A stretch of DNA of 64,000 bases. Source: Candidatus Hydrogenedentota bacterium. Its GTDB lineage: Bacteria; Hydrogenedentota; Hydrogenedentia; Hydrogenedentales; JAEUWI01. The DNA lies in NCBI GenBank assembly GCA_034669905.1, contig JAXMOL010000009.1, positions 1 to 64,000 on the forward strand, given 5' to 3'. Positions 10,043-20,027 of the stretch are shown piece after piece (positions within the stretch are counted from its first letter, which is position 1; each line of letters begins with the position of its first letter). The position numbers were made by a program, and so were the translations under genes. The notes under the pieces are model-generated. The model did no database searches. It had not been told where the DNA came from and worked only from the letters and a program-made list of their open reading frames with translations.

Positions 10043-11164
10043 TTAGATGCGGACGAAGATTTTCCTGGTATACATCCAGTAGAGGGCCAGCCAGAGCAAC
10101 AGGAACGTGGCCAGGGCCTGCAGGAGATCCCCGGCGGCTCCTAAACGACTTTCGCCGTGGAAGATCAGAGCCGCGATGGCGTCGAATTGGATCACCATAT
10201 CGGCCATATAGGCCACGAGGGCGTTGGCCCCGATCACGATGAAGACAAAGGCCCATTTCCGGTAACCCATGAGATCAATCAGCAGGTAAGAGGCCGCCAA
10301 CATCAGATAGCACCAACCCGCCGTCCATACGGCCATGGAGCTGGTCCAGATGTACTTGTTAATCGGGTGGACCAGGTTCCAGATTTCGCCGAGGACGATG
10401 AGGCCCACGCCAATACCGACAAGGAGCCGCAGCTTCTTCCACCCGTCGTCGTCACTCCGAAGCACGTGGCCCGAAAGAATTCCGAAGAGCACGGTGGCGC
10501 CGAAACCCAGGCTGCTGAGGGCCCAGGTGTAGGACTTGGTATCCGCGAAGGGGCCGAAGATCAGATTGCCCACGTGTTGGGCCAGGTTGACCTTGTCTTC
10601 GATGGTGCCGGCCGGGTTTCCGCCAAAGGGCACGAGGGCCAGCAGGGCCCAATAGCTGAGGAGGAGGGCGACGGTTGCCGCGAGCTGACCGCGAATGCCT
10701 GTGTTCAGCATGATCACCCCGCCGATGAGATAGCCCGCTGCGATGGCCTGGAGGGTGTTGGAATAGAGGATAAGAGCATCGAATTCGAAACGCAGGAGAT
10801 TACCCTGCTTTATCATGCCCAATACCCAGAGGATAGCGACTCGGACAAGTATTTTCCTATAGAGGGCGGATTTCGACTGTCCTTCTTCCTGACGGCGTGC
10901 GAAGGAGAAGGGCATGGAGGCACCCACGATGAAGAGAAAGAGGGGCATGATGAGGTCCCAGAACACGAGCCGACTGCCCCAGGGCGCATGATGGAACTGG
11001 TGATCAATGGCCGACTGAATGCCCGGGAATTTCAGGAATACCAACCCGACCAGCGCCATGACGAGACTGTTACCACCCACGATCCAAAACATGTCGAAAC
11101 CCCGGAGGGCATCAATGGCGATGATGCGTTGGGGGGCTCCCTTTTCTACGGCGGGTGTACTCAT
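10043..11164 (-). CDS. HGSNAT/NagX-like (DUF5009) multi-pass membrane acyltransferase family protein
   Basis: RIIAIDALRGFDMFWI, WDLIMPLFLFIVG and PINKYIWTSS, with many TM segments. Confidence 0.85.
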   Translation of the reverse strand: MSTPAVEKGAPQRIIAIDALRGFDMFWIVGGNSLVMALVGLVFLKFPGIQSAIDHQFHHAPWGSRLVFWDLIMPLFLFIVGASMPFSFARRQEEGQSKSALYRKILVRVAILWVLGMIKQGNLLRFEFDALILYSNTLQAIAAGYLIGGVIMLNTGIRGQLAATVALLLSYWALLALVPFGGNPAGTIEDKVNLAQHVGNLIFGPFADTKSYTWALSSLGFGATVLFGILSGHVLRSDDDGWKKLRLLVGIGVGLIVLGEIWNLVHPINKYIWTSSMAVWTAGWCYLMLAASYLLIDLMGYRKWAFVFIVIGANALVAYMADMVIQFDAIAALIFHGESRLGAAGDLLQALATFLLLWLALYWMYTRKIFVRI

Positions 11165-11194
11165 CGTGGCCTTCTTTCTTCCCGGGTTATTGTG

Positions 11195-12013
11195 TCAGTC
11201 GAATGCCGCCTTTTGCTGCAGACGGCGATTCAGCCCCCAGGAGCGGTGTTGGGGCTTCAGATAGTCTCGCAACGCGAGGCGCTGACGTCGGATCGACTTG
11301 ATTGCCAAGGCGCTGATGGCATAGGCGCCCTGTTCCTGGAGGTGGGTATTGTCGGGCTTGCCTTCCGGATAGATGGGATAGAGTCCGGGCGGCAGGTTGA
11401 TGAAGAGCCGCGTTGTTTTTTCCTGGCCGAGCTTTTCGAAATAGCGCTTTGTCAGCCGGTGCATATCGATGAGGGGCACCTTCGCGTCCTTCGCCAATTT
11501 GCGAACGGCATCGGGGTAGTCCCCGAGGGATTCCGTCAGTTTTTTGGGCGTTTCCCATCCATTCCGGTTGATGGGCGTCAGCAGAATTGGTGAGGCCCCT
11601 GCGGCCCGGGTATCGTCGATATAGCCCTTCAGATGTTCGGTGTAGGTGCTGTAGGGCGCGGTGTAACGCTTGGGGTCGTCTTTTTTCTGGTCATTGTGGC
11701 CAAATTGGATGAAGACAAAATCACCCGGCTTCAGCGCCTCGCAAATGGGCTTCCAACGGCCTTCGTCGAGAAAGCTCTTGGAACTCCTTCCGCTCACGGC
11801 CCGATCCTGTACGGTCAACCGGGCGTCATCGAAATAGTAGTCCAAAACCTGCGCCCACCCGAAAAGAGGGTAGCGCTCCGGCCCGTAGGCGGCCGCTGTG
11901 CTGTCCCCGATGACATAAAGCACCGGGCGTGCGCCCGTGTCGCTCTCGGCAGACACGGGCGCACAAAATCCCAACAGCAAGAGAAATAGGGGGAAAGATC
12001 CCACAATCCGCAT
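11195..12013 (-). CDS. Rhamnogalacturonan acetylesterase-like SGNH hydrolase (CE12-like), secreted
   Basis: Signal peptide. IGDST, AVSGRSSKSF, IQFGHNDQK and DNTH. Confidence 0.9.
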   Translation of the reverse strand: MRIVGSFPLFLLLLGFCAPVSAESDTGARPVLYVIGDSTAAAYGPERYPLFGWAQVLDYYFDDARLTVQDRAVSGRSSKSFLDEGRWKPICEALKPGDFVFIQFGHNDQKKDDPKRYTAPYSTYTEHLKGYIDDTRAAGASPILLTPINRNGWETPKKLTESLGDYPDAVRKLAKDAKVPLIDMHRLTKRYFEKLGQEKTTRLFINLPPGLYPIYPEGKPDNTHLQEQGAYAISALAIKSIRRQRLALRDYLKPQHRSWGLNRRLQQKAAFD

Positions 12014-12026
12014 GAGTCACTCCTGG

Positions 12027-12794
12027 TTAGGCGAGTCCGGTAATGTCGAGCCAGGTCTTTGCCATGAGGGCATGTCCGGCCATGGTGGGGTGGACGCCGT
12101 CACCGGCCCAATAGGCAGGTGGCGTGGCTTCGCTCACGGCGTCGTCAAACATGGATTGGAAGGGTACCCAGAGGGCACCGGCGTCCTTGGCCACCTTCTT
12201 CGCCACGGCGCGCCGCTCATCAAACTCGGGGAACCAAGTGTCATCGATGGCACCACAACGGAGCACGAAGGGTTCGCAAATCACGAGGGTGGTTTCGGGG
12301 AGGGCTTCCCGGGTGTCATTTAAGAGGGCGGCGAAACCGGTCTCATAGTCGGCCACGGTGCCGTCATACTTTCCGGCGCGGGCATGCCAGATGTCGTTTA
12401 CACCAATGAGGATGCTCAACAGGGCGGGCTTGAGATCGATGGTGTCGGCCTGCCAGCGTGCAGCGAGGTCGGGCACCTTGTGTCCGCTGATGCCCCGGTT
12501 CAGGCACTGAAGTTTGTCGGCCGCGTGGCTGCCCAGCAACTGGGATGTAATCATATTGGCATAGCCACGGCCCAGCGCACCGAAGTCGTTGGCATTGGCG
12601 TTGTCTTTGGCGCGGCCTGCATCCGTGATGGAGTCTCCCTGAAAGAGGACCGTGTCATTCATGGTCAGGGATACCTTTTTCTTCTTCTTGCGCTTTGCCT
12701 GGGCTTGGGTCGCGGTCAGGGTGGTAGCACCGGCAGCGAGTGCGGCGGTGCGAAAGAGATTGCGGCGGCTGATGGAAATCTTGTCCATGCTCAT
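12027..12794 (-). CDS. SGNH/GDSL hydrolase with Tat signal
   Basis: SRRNLF twin-arginine signal. FQGDSIT, NRGISG, LIGVND and DGVHP. Confidence 0.9.
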   Translation of the reverse strand: MSMDKISISRRNLFRTAALAAGATTLTATQAQAKRKKKKKVSLTMNDTVLFQGDSITDAGRAKDNANANDFGALGRGYANMITSQLLGSHAADKLQCLNRGISGHKVPDLAARWQADTIDLKPALLSILIGVNDIWHARAGKYDGTVADYETGFAALLNDTREALPETTLVICEPFVLRCGAIDDTWFPEFDERRAVAKKVAKDAGALWVPFQSMFDDAVSEATPPAYWAGDGVHPTMAGHALMAKTWLDITGLA

Positions 12795-12896
12795 AGGAAA
12801 ACTTCTCCTCTACATTCAGGGGCTATAGGATGAATTGATCCCGCCACGATAGCAGATAGCCGTCGGGCGGTGGAAGGGGCCGTGGGTCGCCCCGTG

Positions 12897-13844
12897 TTAT
12901 TCGGCGACCATGGTGTTGCGCAGGGTGCCGATGCCTTCGATAGTGGCTTCCACCACGTCGCCGGGCTTCAGCAGCTTGCCGCTGGCCATTCCGATGCCTT
13001 CGCAGGTGCCCGTGGCAATAATGTCGCCCGGTTCGAGGGTCACCCAACTGGAGACAAAGGCTACCACGGCGGCCACGGGGAATATCATGCGCTCCGTGTT
13101 GCTGTGCTGCCGCTCTTCACCATTGACGGTCAAACGGAGATCGAGCACCTGGGGATCGGGTAGCGCCGTCGCGGACGTGACCGCGGGGCCGACCGGGCAA
13201 AATCCGTCGTGCCACTTGCCGTGCATCCAATCGAAGAAGGTGTCTTTCGGTCGTTCTTTACGATCCGGGTTGGGACGATACTTACGGTCGGAAATGTCGT
13301 TAATGATGGTGTAACCCGCGACGTACTTCAGGGCATCGGCTTCCGAAACGCCTTTGGCCTTCTTGCCGATAACGATGGTCAACTCACACTCATAGTCAAT
13401 ATAGTCCGGGTTGATGGCGGGGATGACGATGTCCGCATTCGGGTGGTTCAACGTCGTCCGGGGCTTCATAAATACGTAGGGGAAAGTCTCTTCCCGCTCG
13501 GCGGCAATTTCACCACTTTCTGCAATGTGCAGGGCGTAGTTGCCTGCCAGGAGGAGAATCTTCCCGGGGTCAGGCAGCGGGTTCTGGAGGTCGAGCTTAG
13601 CGGCATCCACGGAGAGCTGTTTTCGTGTCTGTTCCGATTCATCCAACCACGTGGACAACTGCTGGGCACACTTCGTGTGCTCGCCGTGGGGAAGCAGGGC
13701 CAGCGCACTGTTATCAGGCAGGTTGATGCTGTATTCGGTCTCACGCTCGTAGGCTTCGATGGCGTCGCTTAAGGGGACGACGGTGTTATCGTAGTAAAAG
13801 CCCAATTCCAATTCATTATTGCGTCGGTAACGGCAGATGCGCAC
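12897..13844 (-). CDS. Fumarylacetoacetate hydrolase family protein
   Basis: KILLLAGNY, DYECEL, GYTIINDISDR and TLEPGDIIATGT. GTG start behind GAGGAG. Confidence 0.9.
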   Translation of the reverse strand: MRICRYRRNNELELGFYYDNTVVPLSDAIEAYERETEYSINLPDNSALALLPHGEHTKCAQQLSTWLDESEQTRKQLSVDAAKLDLQNPLPDPGKILLLAGNYALHIAESGEIAAEREETFPYVFMKPRTTLNHPNADIVIPAINPDYIDYECELTIVIGKKAKGVSEADALKYVAGYTIINDISDRKYRPNPDRKERPKDTFFDWMHGKWHDGFCPVGPAVTSATALPDPQVLDLRLTVNGEERQHSNTERMIFPVAAVVAFVSSWVTLEPGDIIATGTCEGIGMASGKLLKPGDVVEATIEGIGTLRNTMVAE

Positions 13845-13854
13845 GGAATACTCC

Positions 13855-16566
13855 TCAGGGTTTCGATATCGCAGTATAGGATTTCTTAGATTCATTCGTC
13901 AGGGAGAAGTCTCCCAGATGCATTTGGGTCCCGCTTGCCAGACCGGCGAAGCGAACCGCAGCGGCACCGTCCAACCGGAGGAAACTGACATCCCCATCGG
14001 TTTGGAGCGTTGCACCGTCAGGCGATTGTACCCGGCTGGAGCCCGGCTCGTCGGGATCACGGAGCACAACGATATCATATTCGCCCCCGGGGTGTTTAAT
14101 CGCCAGGGCCACGTGGCGGTCTGACAAGGGTGCGCCATCCTGGTCGCTCACGGATAGGCGGGTAACCGAAAAGGCGGCCTCGCTCCCGGCATGGGGTTCA
14201 TAGACGGAGACAAAGGTGGATGTGAGGGAGTCGCCCGCCCGGTCGATGACGAGCCTGGGTATCCATCGGGATTCGGTGCCGTCGTAGCCCCCCATGGCGA
14301 TCCAGGCTTCCGAAGTGCCACCCTGGGCCCCCGCGCTAAGGTCGGTGTAGGTCATTCCCACCGAAGCGTTTTCTGGAAGAAGGCCATAGAGGTCATTGAA
14401 GGCCCACTTTCCCTGCCATCCGGGTTGGGCTTCGGGGTCGAGTGCCATATTACGGATTTGTGTTTCGTGGCCAAAATCCGGTGCCGACATCGTGGAAATT
14501 CCTTCGGTCCAAAGGGTCCCGAAATAGCTTTGTACAAATTTCGTATGCCGTTGGCCACCGGCCACGCGAAACACGTCGATGACATAGAATCGGGTCTCGT
14601 CCACATCAATAAGCAGGGCGGTCCGTTCGTAGCGTTGGTCCCGGTTCATGTTTGCACCCCGTGCCCGGATACCCTGCAAGGGCGCTTCTGTGAGCCAGAG
14701 CGTGGTTTCTCCGGCGCCGCTGGACTGATCCTGCCCGTCCACGACCACCGTGTTGTGGGCGGCCGTTCGGCCATACCACCGCCCCTTGGGTGACTGCCAG
14801 CCCCCAAATTGGACCGCCGGGTAGCCCATTTCGGGGAGGAGGTCGAGCCCGTGGGCAAAGAGGCCGAGATTCATGCCGTCACGGTGGCTGTGGGCCCCAT
14901 GGGAATCGTAGTCGAGCCACAGGGCGCGCCGATTGGCGCCTGTGCCCGAGCGGAGTATGGCGAGGTGCCAGTCTTCTTTGTTAATGCTGCGGAGCTGGAT
15001 TTCCGTCCCGTGCTCCGCGATGATCCGGGCGAGTTGTTCCTGGAATTGGGCAGGCGCGGTGCCGAAAAGGTCATAGGGCAGGCCATCCACCGTGTTGTTA
15101 TTCTCACGATAGAGGATCTGGGCAAAGGCCACATCTCCCGTGGCTTCATAGAGCGTCCAGAGGAGTCCGTAGGTCGAGGGCGTGAGGGGCCAGGCACCAC
15201 CGCCGGGTTGGAGAAAGTTCATGCCCACGTAACGGTCCAGCGGCTTGGCATAGGAGCCTGTATCGCCGGAAAGGGGATAGTAGCGGTCGAGGCAGAGGGT
15301 GTCGATGTGGAAACGGTAGGTGTCGTGGATGCGCGGCTGTCGGGCCAGGACCTGTGGAAGAAACCCGGGGTCCGCCTTGGAAAACTCCGCGAGGAACTGG
15401 GCCAGGGATTGGATAGTGAAGGCGCTGTAGTTGGCGAGCCCTTTTTCGCCGGTCACCCCATCGACCGCGATGGCTTTCTCGAGCATGGGATCGAGGATGG
15501 CCCACAGCGCTTCGTCCGGTTCCTGGAGCGTCCGCGTAATAACCGCCTGGCATATTTCTGCCCGGGGATAGTTGGAGTGAATCTTCTGGGGGTTGGCCAG
15601 GGCATCCCGGAGAATGCGGCCTTCGATATTGCGTTGGATGTCGGCTGCGCCGCTTTTCGGATTGTCGAGTCCATAGCGTTTTGCCTGGGTGGCGAGAAAC
15701 TGGTGCAGCGCGGTGGCATCTGCAAGAGCGGGGAAAACCATGTCATAGGCCAGAGCGAGTTCGCGGGTTTCCTCACAGGCGTCGTGCCACGTGGAGACAT
15801 AGCCCGCCGTGCCCGCCCCTTCATACATGATGCCCTGGGGTTTAAAGTCAAAGGTGGGGTAGAGGTCCGCCACCCGGTCGAGCATGACGAGGGCCTTGTG
15901 GGCATAGACCGTGTCACCGGTTACCACGTAGGCCGCGCTGAGCCGGCCGATACCGCCGAGCACGGCCTGTTTCCATTGCCCATAGATCAGATAGGCCGCG
16001 ATGAATCGCCATTGCTCGCCTTTGTCGTTGATGTAGCCATGGCCATCGTCCACACCGAATTGGTGGAGCGGGTCGCTGGGGTCGGGGTGTTCTGCATTAA
16101 AAAGGAGGCTCCGGTCGGCACGAGATTCATCGAAGATACCGTGGGCATCCCGTCCCGAATCATAGTAGGCCTTGAAGTCATTCTTGGGGAACCACTCGCC
16201 GCTGGTGGGGTCTTGCACCTTCCACGGGTGGCCCATGGCGTCCATCTTCCAGTTATACATGGGGACCGGCTCGCCGGTGACGGGAGAGTGGCCGTCCGAC
16301 CAGACCATCCAGGCCCGGGGCAAGGTCGCGCCAAACATGAGATGCCAGAGGGACTCATCGTCGAGAGTGCGCCACGGCTCCGCCGCCTGTACAACCCGTT
16401 CGCGAACAGGTGCGGCCCAGGCGCCCTTGGCCATGTTGCTGTGAAGGCGCGCGATCACCTCGGGCGGGTAGAGGGCGCTGCCCTGTTTGAGGTGTTCCTG
16501 CGCCGGGAGCACACCGGGAACAAGGAGGAGCAAGCACAGGAGAGCGATAGGGTTTTTAAAACACAT
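13855..16566 (-). CDS. Heparinase II/III-family (polysaccharide lyase-like) secreted protein
   Basis: Signal peptide. HSHRDGMNLGLFAHG, LLPEMGY and TAAHNTVVVDGQDQ are typical of the Hepar_II_III domain. Confidence 0.8.
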   Translation of the reverse strand: MCFKNPIALLCLLLLVPGVLPAQEHLKQGSALYPPEVIARLHSNMAKGAWAAPVRERVVQAAEPWRTLDDESLWHLMFGATLPRAWMVWSDGHSPVTGEPVPMYNWKMDAMGHPWKVQDPTSGEWFPKNDFKAYYDSGRDAHGIFDESRADRSLLFNAEHPDPSDPLHQFGVDDGHGYINDKGEQWRFIAAYLIYGQWKQAVLGGIGRLSAAYVVTGDTVYAHKALVMLDRVADLYPTFDFKPQGIMYEGAGTAGYVSTWHDACEETRELALAYDMVFPALADATALHQFLATQAKRYGLDNPKSGAADIQRNIEGRILRDALANPQKIHSNYPRAEICQAVITRTLQEPDEALWAILDPMLEKAIAVDGVTGEKGLANYSAFTIQSLAQFLAEFSKADPGFLPQVLARQPRIHDTYRFHIDTLCLDRYYPLSGDTGSYAKPLDRYVGMNFLQPGGGAWPLTPSTYGLLWTLYEATGDVAFAQILYRENNNTVDGLPYDLFGTAPAQFQEQLARIIAEHGTEIQLRSINKEDWHLAILRSGTGANRRALWLDYDSHGAHSHRDGMNLGLFAHGLDLLPEMGYPAVQFGGWQSPKGRWYGRTAAHNTVVVDGQDQSSGAGETTLWLTEAPLQGIRARGANMNRDQRYERTALLIDVDETRFYVIDVFRVAGGQRHTKFVQSYFGTLWTEGISTMSAPDFGHETQIRNMALDPEAQPGWQGKWAFNDLYGLLPENASVGMTYTDLSAGAQGGTSEAWIAMGGYDGTESRWIPRLVIDRAGDSLTSTFVSVYEPHAGSEAAFSVTRLSVSDQDGAPLSDRHVALAIKHPGGEYDIVVLRDPDEPGSSRVQSPDGATLQTDGDVSFLRLDGAAAVRFAGLASGTQMHLGDFSLTNESKKSYTAISKP

Positions 16567-16989
16567 GATTACCTCGCACGTGGAAATGGGCTGTAGGGGC
16601 ATGAAGCCCTGGGATGTACCGGACTTTGTTGTAGCATGATTGGCCGGGGATTTACACAAAATCGTGTGGGCGTGAAGGTGAAGATAAGGCCGGAGACACG
16701 ACATACCGCCGGTACAGTCTCCGCCTTTGGCGCGTTGTTGACCATCTTCGCCTGAGACGAAGGAGATGACCGTCCCATGGGGCGGCCTCCACACATCCGA
16801 GATGATTTCTACAGGACCCGATGGCTTAAAATCTGCCGGCCAGACTTGGATGAATAGCCGTGTTGCATTTAGTTTATGAAACCACGGACGGACGCGCCGC
16901 GACTTGTTTACAAATCGCCAATGCTCTATGGTATGAATTCTTATTTTGCCATCAAGATTTCTCCTCCAATCACCGTGATAGTGGAAGCT

Positions 16990-18705
16990 ATGGATTCAGG
17001 ACTTACCCTTACCGACTACATTATTCTGGCGGGCTTTTTTGCCGTCATGCTGGGCATCGGAATTATCTACGCCCGTAAAATGAAGAACCTTTCCGATTTC
17101 TTCAGTGGCGGCGGTCAGGTGCCGTGGTGGCTAGCCGGGATTTCCCTCTATATGACCACCTTCAGTGCCTTTACCTTCGTAAGCTATTCGGCACTGGCTT
17201 ACCAGTACGGATTCGTCGCCGTATCCATCTGGTGGTTTTCTGTGCCGGGCTGTCTGTTGAGTGCACGTTTTCTCGCATCCCGATGGCGGCGTGCCGCCAC
17301 GACCAGCCCGGTGGAGTACCTGGAGATCCGCTACAACTCCACCATTCGCCAGGGCTTCAGCTGGTTCGGCGTGCCATTGATCGTGTTGGACGATGCGCTG
17401 AAACTCTTTGTTATTGGGGCTATGATCACCGTGAGCCTCGGTCTGGAGGGCACGGAAGCCAAGGCCTGGGCCATCGTCGGATGCGGAACGGTCATGCTGG
17501 CTTACACGTTGCTCGGTGGACTTTGGGCCGTCATGATTACGGACTTTATCCAGTTTGTGGTGATGGCGGTGGCGGTGTTGGTGCTGGCACCCCTCGCCAC
17601 GGCAAAGGCCGGCGGTATTATGACCGTGCTCGAGTCGCTGCCCGAAGGCTATGGAAGTGTGACCAATAGCGCTTACTCGTGGCCCTGGCTGTTGTCTTTT
17701 TCGGTGATTCTCGCCCTGACCTATGCCACGAAATGGCCCTATGTGCAGCGCTACTACGCCGCGCGGAGCGATAAAGATGCCCGACGGGTGGGCTATACGG
17801 TGGCCGCCCTCACCCTCCTGGGACCGCCCCTCCTCTTCTGGCCGGCCATAGCGGCAACCCAGTTTTTACCCGGTGTGGAAGATGCCAACACCATCTATCC
17901 GCTGGTCTGCCGCATGCTATTGCCCGTCGGCCTGATGGGCGTGGTTATTGCCGCCATGTTTTCCGCTACCATGTCCATGCTCTCCAGTGACTACAACGCG
18001 CTGGCCTCTGTCATTACCAATGACATCATCAAGCGCCTTTTTCTCCCACAGGCATCCGAAGTCGTCTTGCTTCGCATTGCCCGAGGAGCCACCCTCGTGG
18101 TGGGGGGACTCGCCATGGCCCTGGCGCTGGTCCTGGTCTACGCCGACGATCTGGAAGATCTCGTGAAGATCATGGCCAAACTCTTTTCCGTGCTCCTGCC
18201 GCCCGTGGCCCTGCCGATGGCGGCGGGACTGCTGAGTCGCCATGTGTCCGGGCGAGGCGCCGTTATGGGCTTTGCTCTGGGGGCGACCATGGGTATTGGG
18301 GCCTATATCATCAGCTTTAACGAGTCCCTGGCATTTCTGGGGACCGTTCCCTGGTTGACCTGGATTTCGCTGTTGCCCACGGCCTTTGGGTTGATTGTGG
18401 GTAGTAAGTTGATGCCCGATACTATCGAGAAACAGGCTCGCGTAGACGAATTCCTGAGTGGCCTGGGTGATGGTGCGCCCTCCGTTCAACCTACGGCGAA
18501 TATGCGGGATGGCTTCTACGCCATGCAGATTATCGGCATGACCTGTGCCCTGCTGGGCGCCCTGTTGGTCGTGGCCGTGATATTGACAGCCAGCTTTGCG
18601 TCGGGGCTACTTTCCATCGGCGTCGGATCTGCTCTGGCGTTGGGGGGGCTGTGCGCGGTCGTGGTTGCCCGCACACGAATACGAAATTTAGAAGACAAAG
18701 GATAG
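16990..18705 (+). CDS. Sodium:solute symporter (SSS) family transporter
   Basis: DFFSGGGQVPWWLAGISLYMTTFSAFTFV, YTLLGGLWAVMITDFIQ, VQRY and AAMFSATMS, with many TM helices. Confidence 0.93.
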   Translation: MDSGLTLTDYIILAGFFAVMLGIGIIYARKMKNLSDFFSGGGQVPWWLAGISLYMTTFSAFTFVSYSALAYQYGFVAVSIWWFSVPGCLLSARFLASRWRRAATTSPVEYLEIRYNSTIRQGFSWFGVPLIVLDDALKLFVIGAMITVSLGLEGTEAKAWAIVGCGTVMLAYTLLGGLWAVMITDFIQFVVMAVAVLVLAPLATAKAGGIMTVLESLPEGYGSVTNSAYSWPWLLSFSVILALTYATKWPYVQRYYAARSDKDARRVGYTVAALTLLGPPLLFWPAIAATQFLPGVEDANTIYPLVCRMLLPVGLMGVVIAAMFSATMSMLSSDYNALASVITNDIIKRLFLPQASEVVLLRIARGATLVVGGLAMALALVLVYADDLEDLVKIMAKLFSVLLPPVALPMAAGLLSRHVSGRGAVMGFALGATMGIGAYIISFNESLAFLGTVPWLTWISLLPTAFGLIVGSKLMPDTIEKQARVDEFLSGLGDGAPSVQPTANMRDGFYAMQIIGMTCALLGALLVVAVILTASFASGLLSIGVGSALALGGLCAVVVARTRIRNLEDKG

Positions 18706-18710
18706 AAGAG

Positions 18711-20027
18711 ATGGAGTTTACACAATCCGAACAATGGCACGCCCGTGCTTCGAAGGTCATCCCGGGTGGGGTCAACAGTGGCGTACGCGCCCTGACAAAG
18801 CCCGTACCCCGTCATTTCTCCCACGCGAAAGGATGTCGTATCTGGGATGCGGATGGGAACGAGTTCATCGACTACATCCTCGGTCAAGGTCCCATGTTAC
18901 TGGGGCACACACCCGAATGCGTCGTCGAGGCGCTTAAAGAGCAGGCGTCCCGCGGAATTCTTTACGCAGGCCAGTGTGATGACGAGGTCATCGCCGCTGA
19001 GCTTATGGTGAAACATATACCGTGTGCGGAAAAAGTGCGCTTCAGTTGCACCGGATCCGAGGCGGTTCACGCTGCCCTCCGTCTCGCGCGGAGTGCCACG
19101 GGGCGGGAAAAGATCCTCCGCTTTGAAGGCCACTACCACGGCTGGCTCGATACCATTGCCTGGAATCCGCCAACTGCCGAAACGGACCTCGGCCCGCGGG
19201 ACAACCCCACCATGCGCCCCTCGTCGAAGGGGCAGTGCGCGGACTATGCAAAGAGCCTCGTGGTGCGCCCGTGGAATGACGTGGAGTTGCTGGAAGAAGT
19301 CTTTGCAACGCAGGGCGACACACTTGCGGCCGTCATCTGTGACCCCTTCGCCTGCGCCTCGGGGATCATTCCGGGTGAACAGGCCTATCTTGAGCGCCTG
19401 CGTGCCCTTTGCACCCAGCACGGCGTGGTCTTGGTTTTTGACGAGGTCATTACCGGCTTTCGCGTTGCGCCCGGTGGCGCCCAGGAATACTATGGCGTCA
19501 CGCCCGATCTGGCGACCTTCGCCAAGGCGTTGGGTGGCGGGCTGCCCGTAGCGGCACTCGCGGGGAAGGCCGACCTGATGGACCACTTCACCACCGGCAC
19601 GGTCCACTCGGGTACCTACAACGCAAGTGCGCTCATAATGGCGGGAACCCGCGCGGCCCTGGAGCATATGTATGCCGATGGGGGCGCTGTGCTCGACGCC
19701 ATTCACACCGCGGGACGACGCCTTTCCCAGGAGTTGTTGGTCGTCGCGGAGCAGTATGGTCTGCCCCTGGAACTGCGGGGCGTGTCTTCGGTGTTCAGCA
19801 CATCGTTTGTATCACCGACGGCCGATCCCGTTTGCGATTTGCGGTCGGTACAGCAGGCGGACAGTGCGATGGCCCAGCGGTTCCATAGGGAAATGCAGGA
19901 ACGGGGTGTACAGGTGACGTCCTTTGGTATCTGGTTTCTCTCCTCGTGCCATCTCGACGCAGATATTGATGAAACCCTTCGTGCGGCACAGGGTGCCATG
20001 GAAGCCATTACCCGGAGTACTACATGA
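18711..20027 (+). CDS. Class III PLP aminotransferase (glutamate-1-semialdehyde aminomutase-like)
   Basis: IPGGVNS, DADGNEFIDY, TGSEA, FEGHYHG, FDEVITGFR and TFAKALGGG. The operon context suggests a catabolic paralog rather than hemL. Confidence 0.88.
   Translation: MEFTQSEQWHARASKVIPGGVNSGVRALTKPVPRHFSHAKGCRIWDADGNEFIDYILGQGPMLLGHTPECVVEALKEQASRGILYAGQCDDEVIAAELMVKHIPCAEKVRFSCTGSEAVHAALRLARSATGREKILRFEGHYHGWLDTIAWNPPTAETDLGPRDNPTMRPSSKGQCADYAKSLVVRPWNDVELLEEVFATQGDTLAAVICDPFACASGIIPGEQAYLERLRALCTQHGVVLVFDEVITGFRVAPGGAQEYYGVTPDLATFAKALGGGLPVAALAGKADLMDHFTTGTVHSGTYNASALIMAGTRAALEHMYADGGAVLDAIHTAGRRLSQELLVVAEQYGLPLELRGVSSVFSTSFVSPTADPVCDLRSVQQADSAMAQRFHREMQERGVQVTSFGIWFLSSCHLDADIDETLRAAQGAMEAITRSTT

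Noticed and set aside
18711..20027. Naming the aminotransferase hemL
   Set aside because: The family matches, but it sits between a transporter and MlrC with no tetrapyrrole genes nearby.
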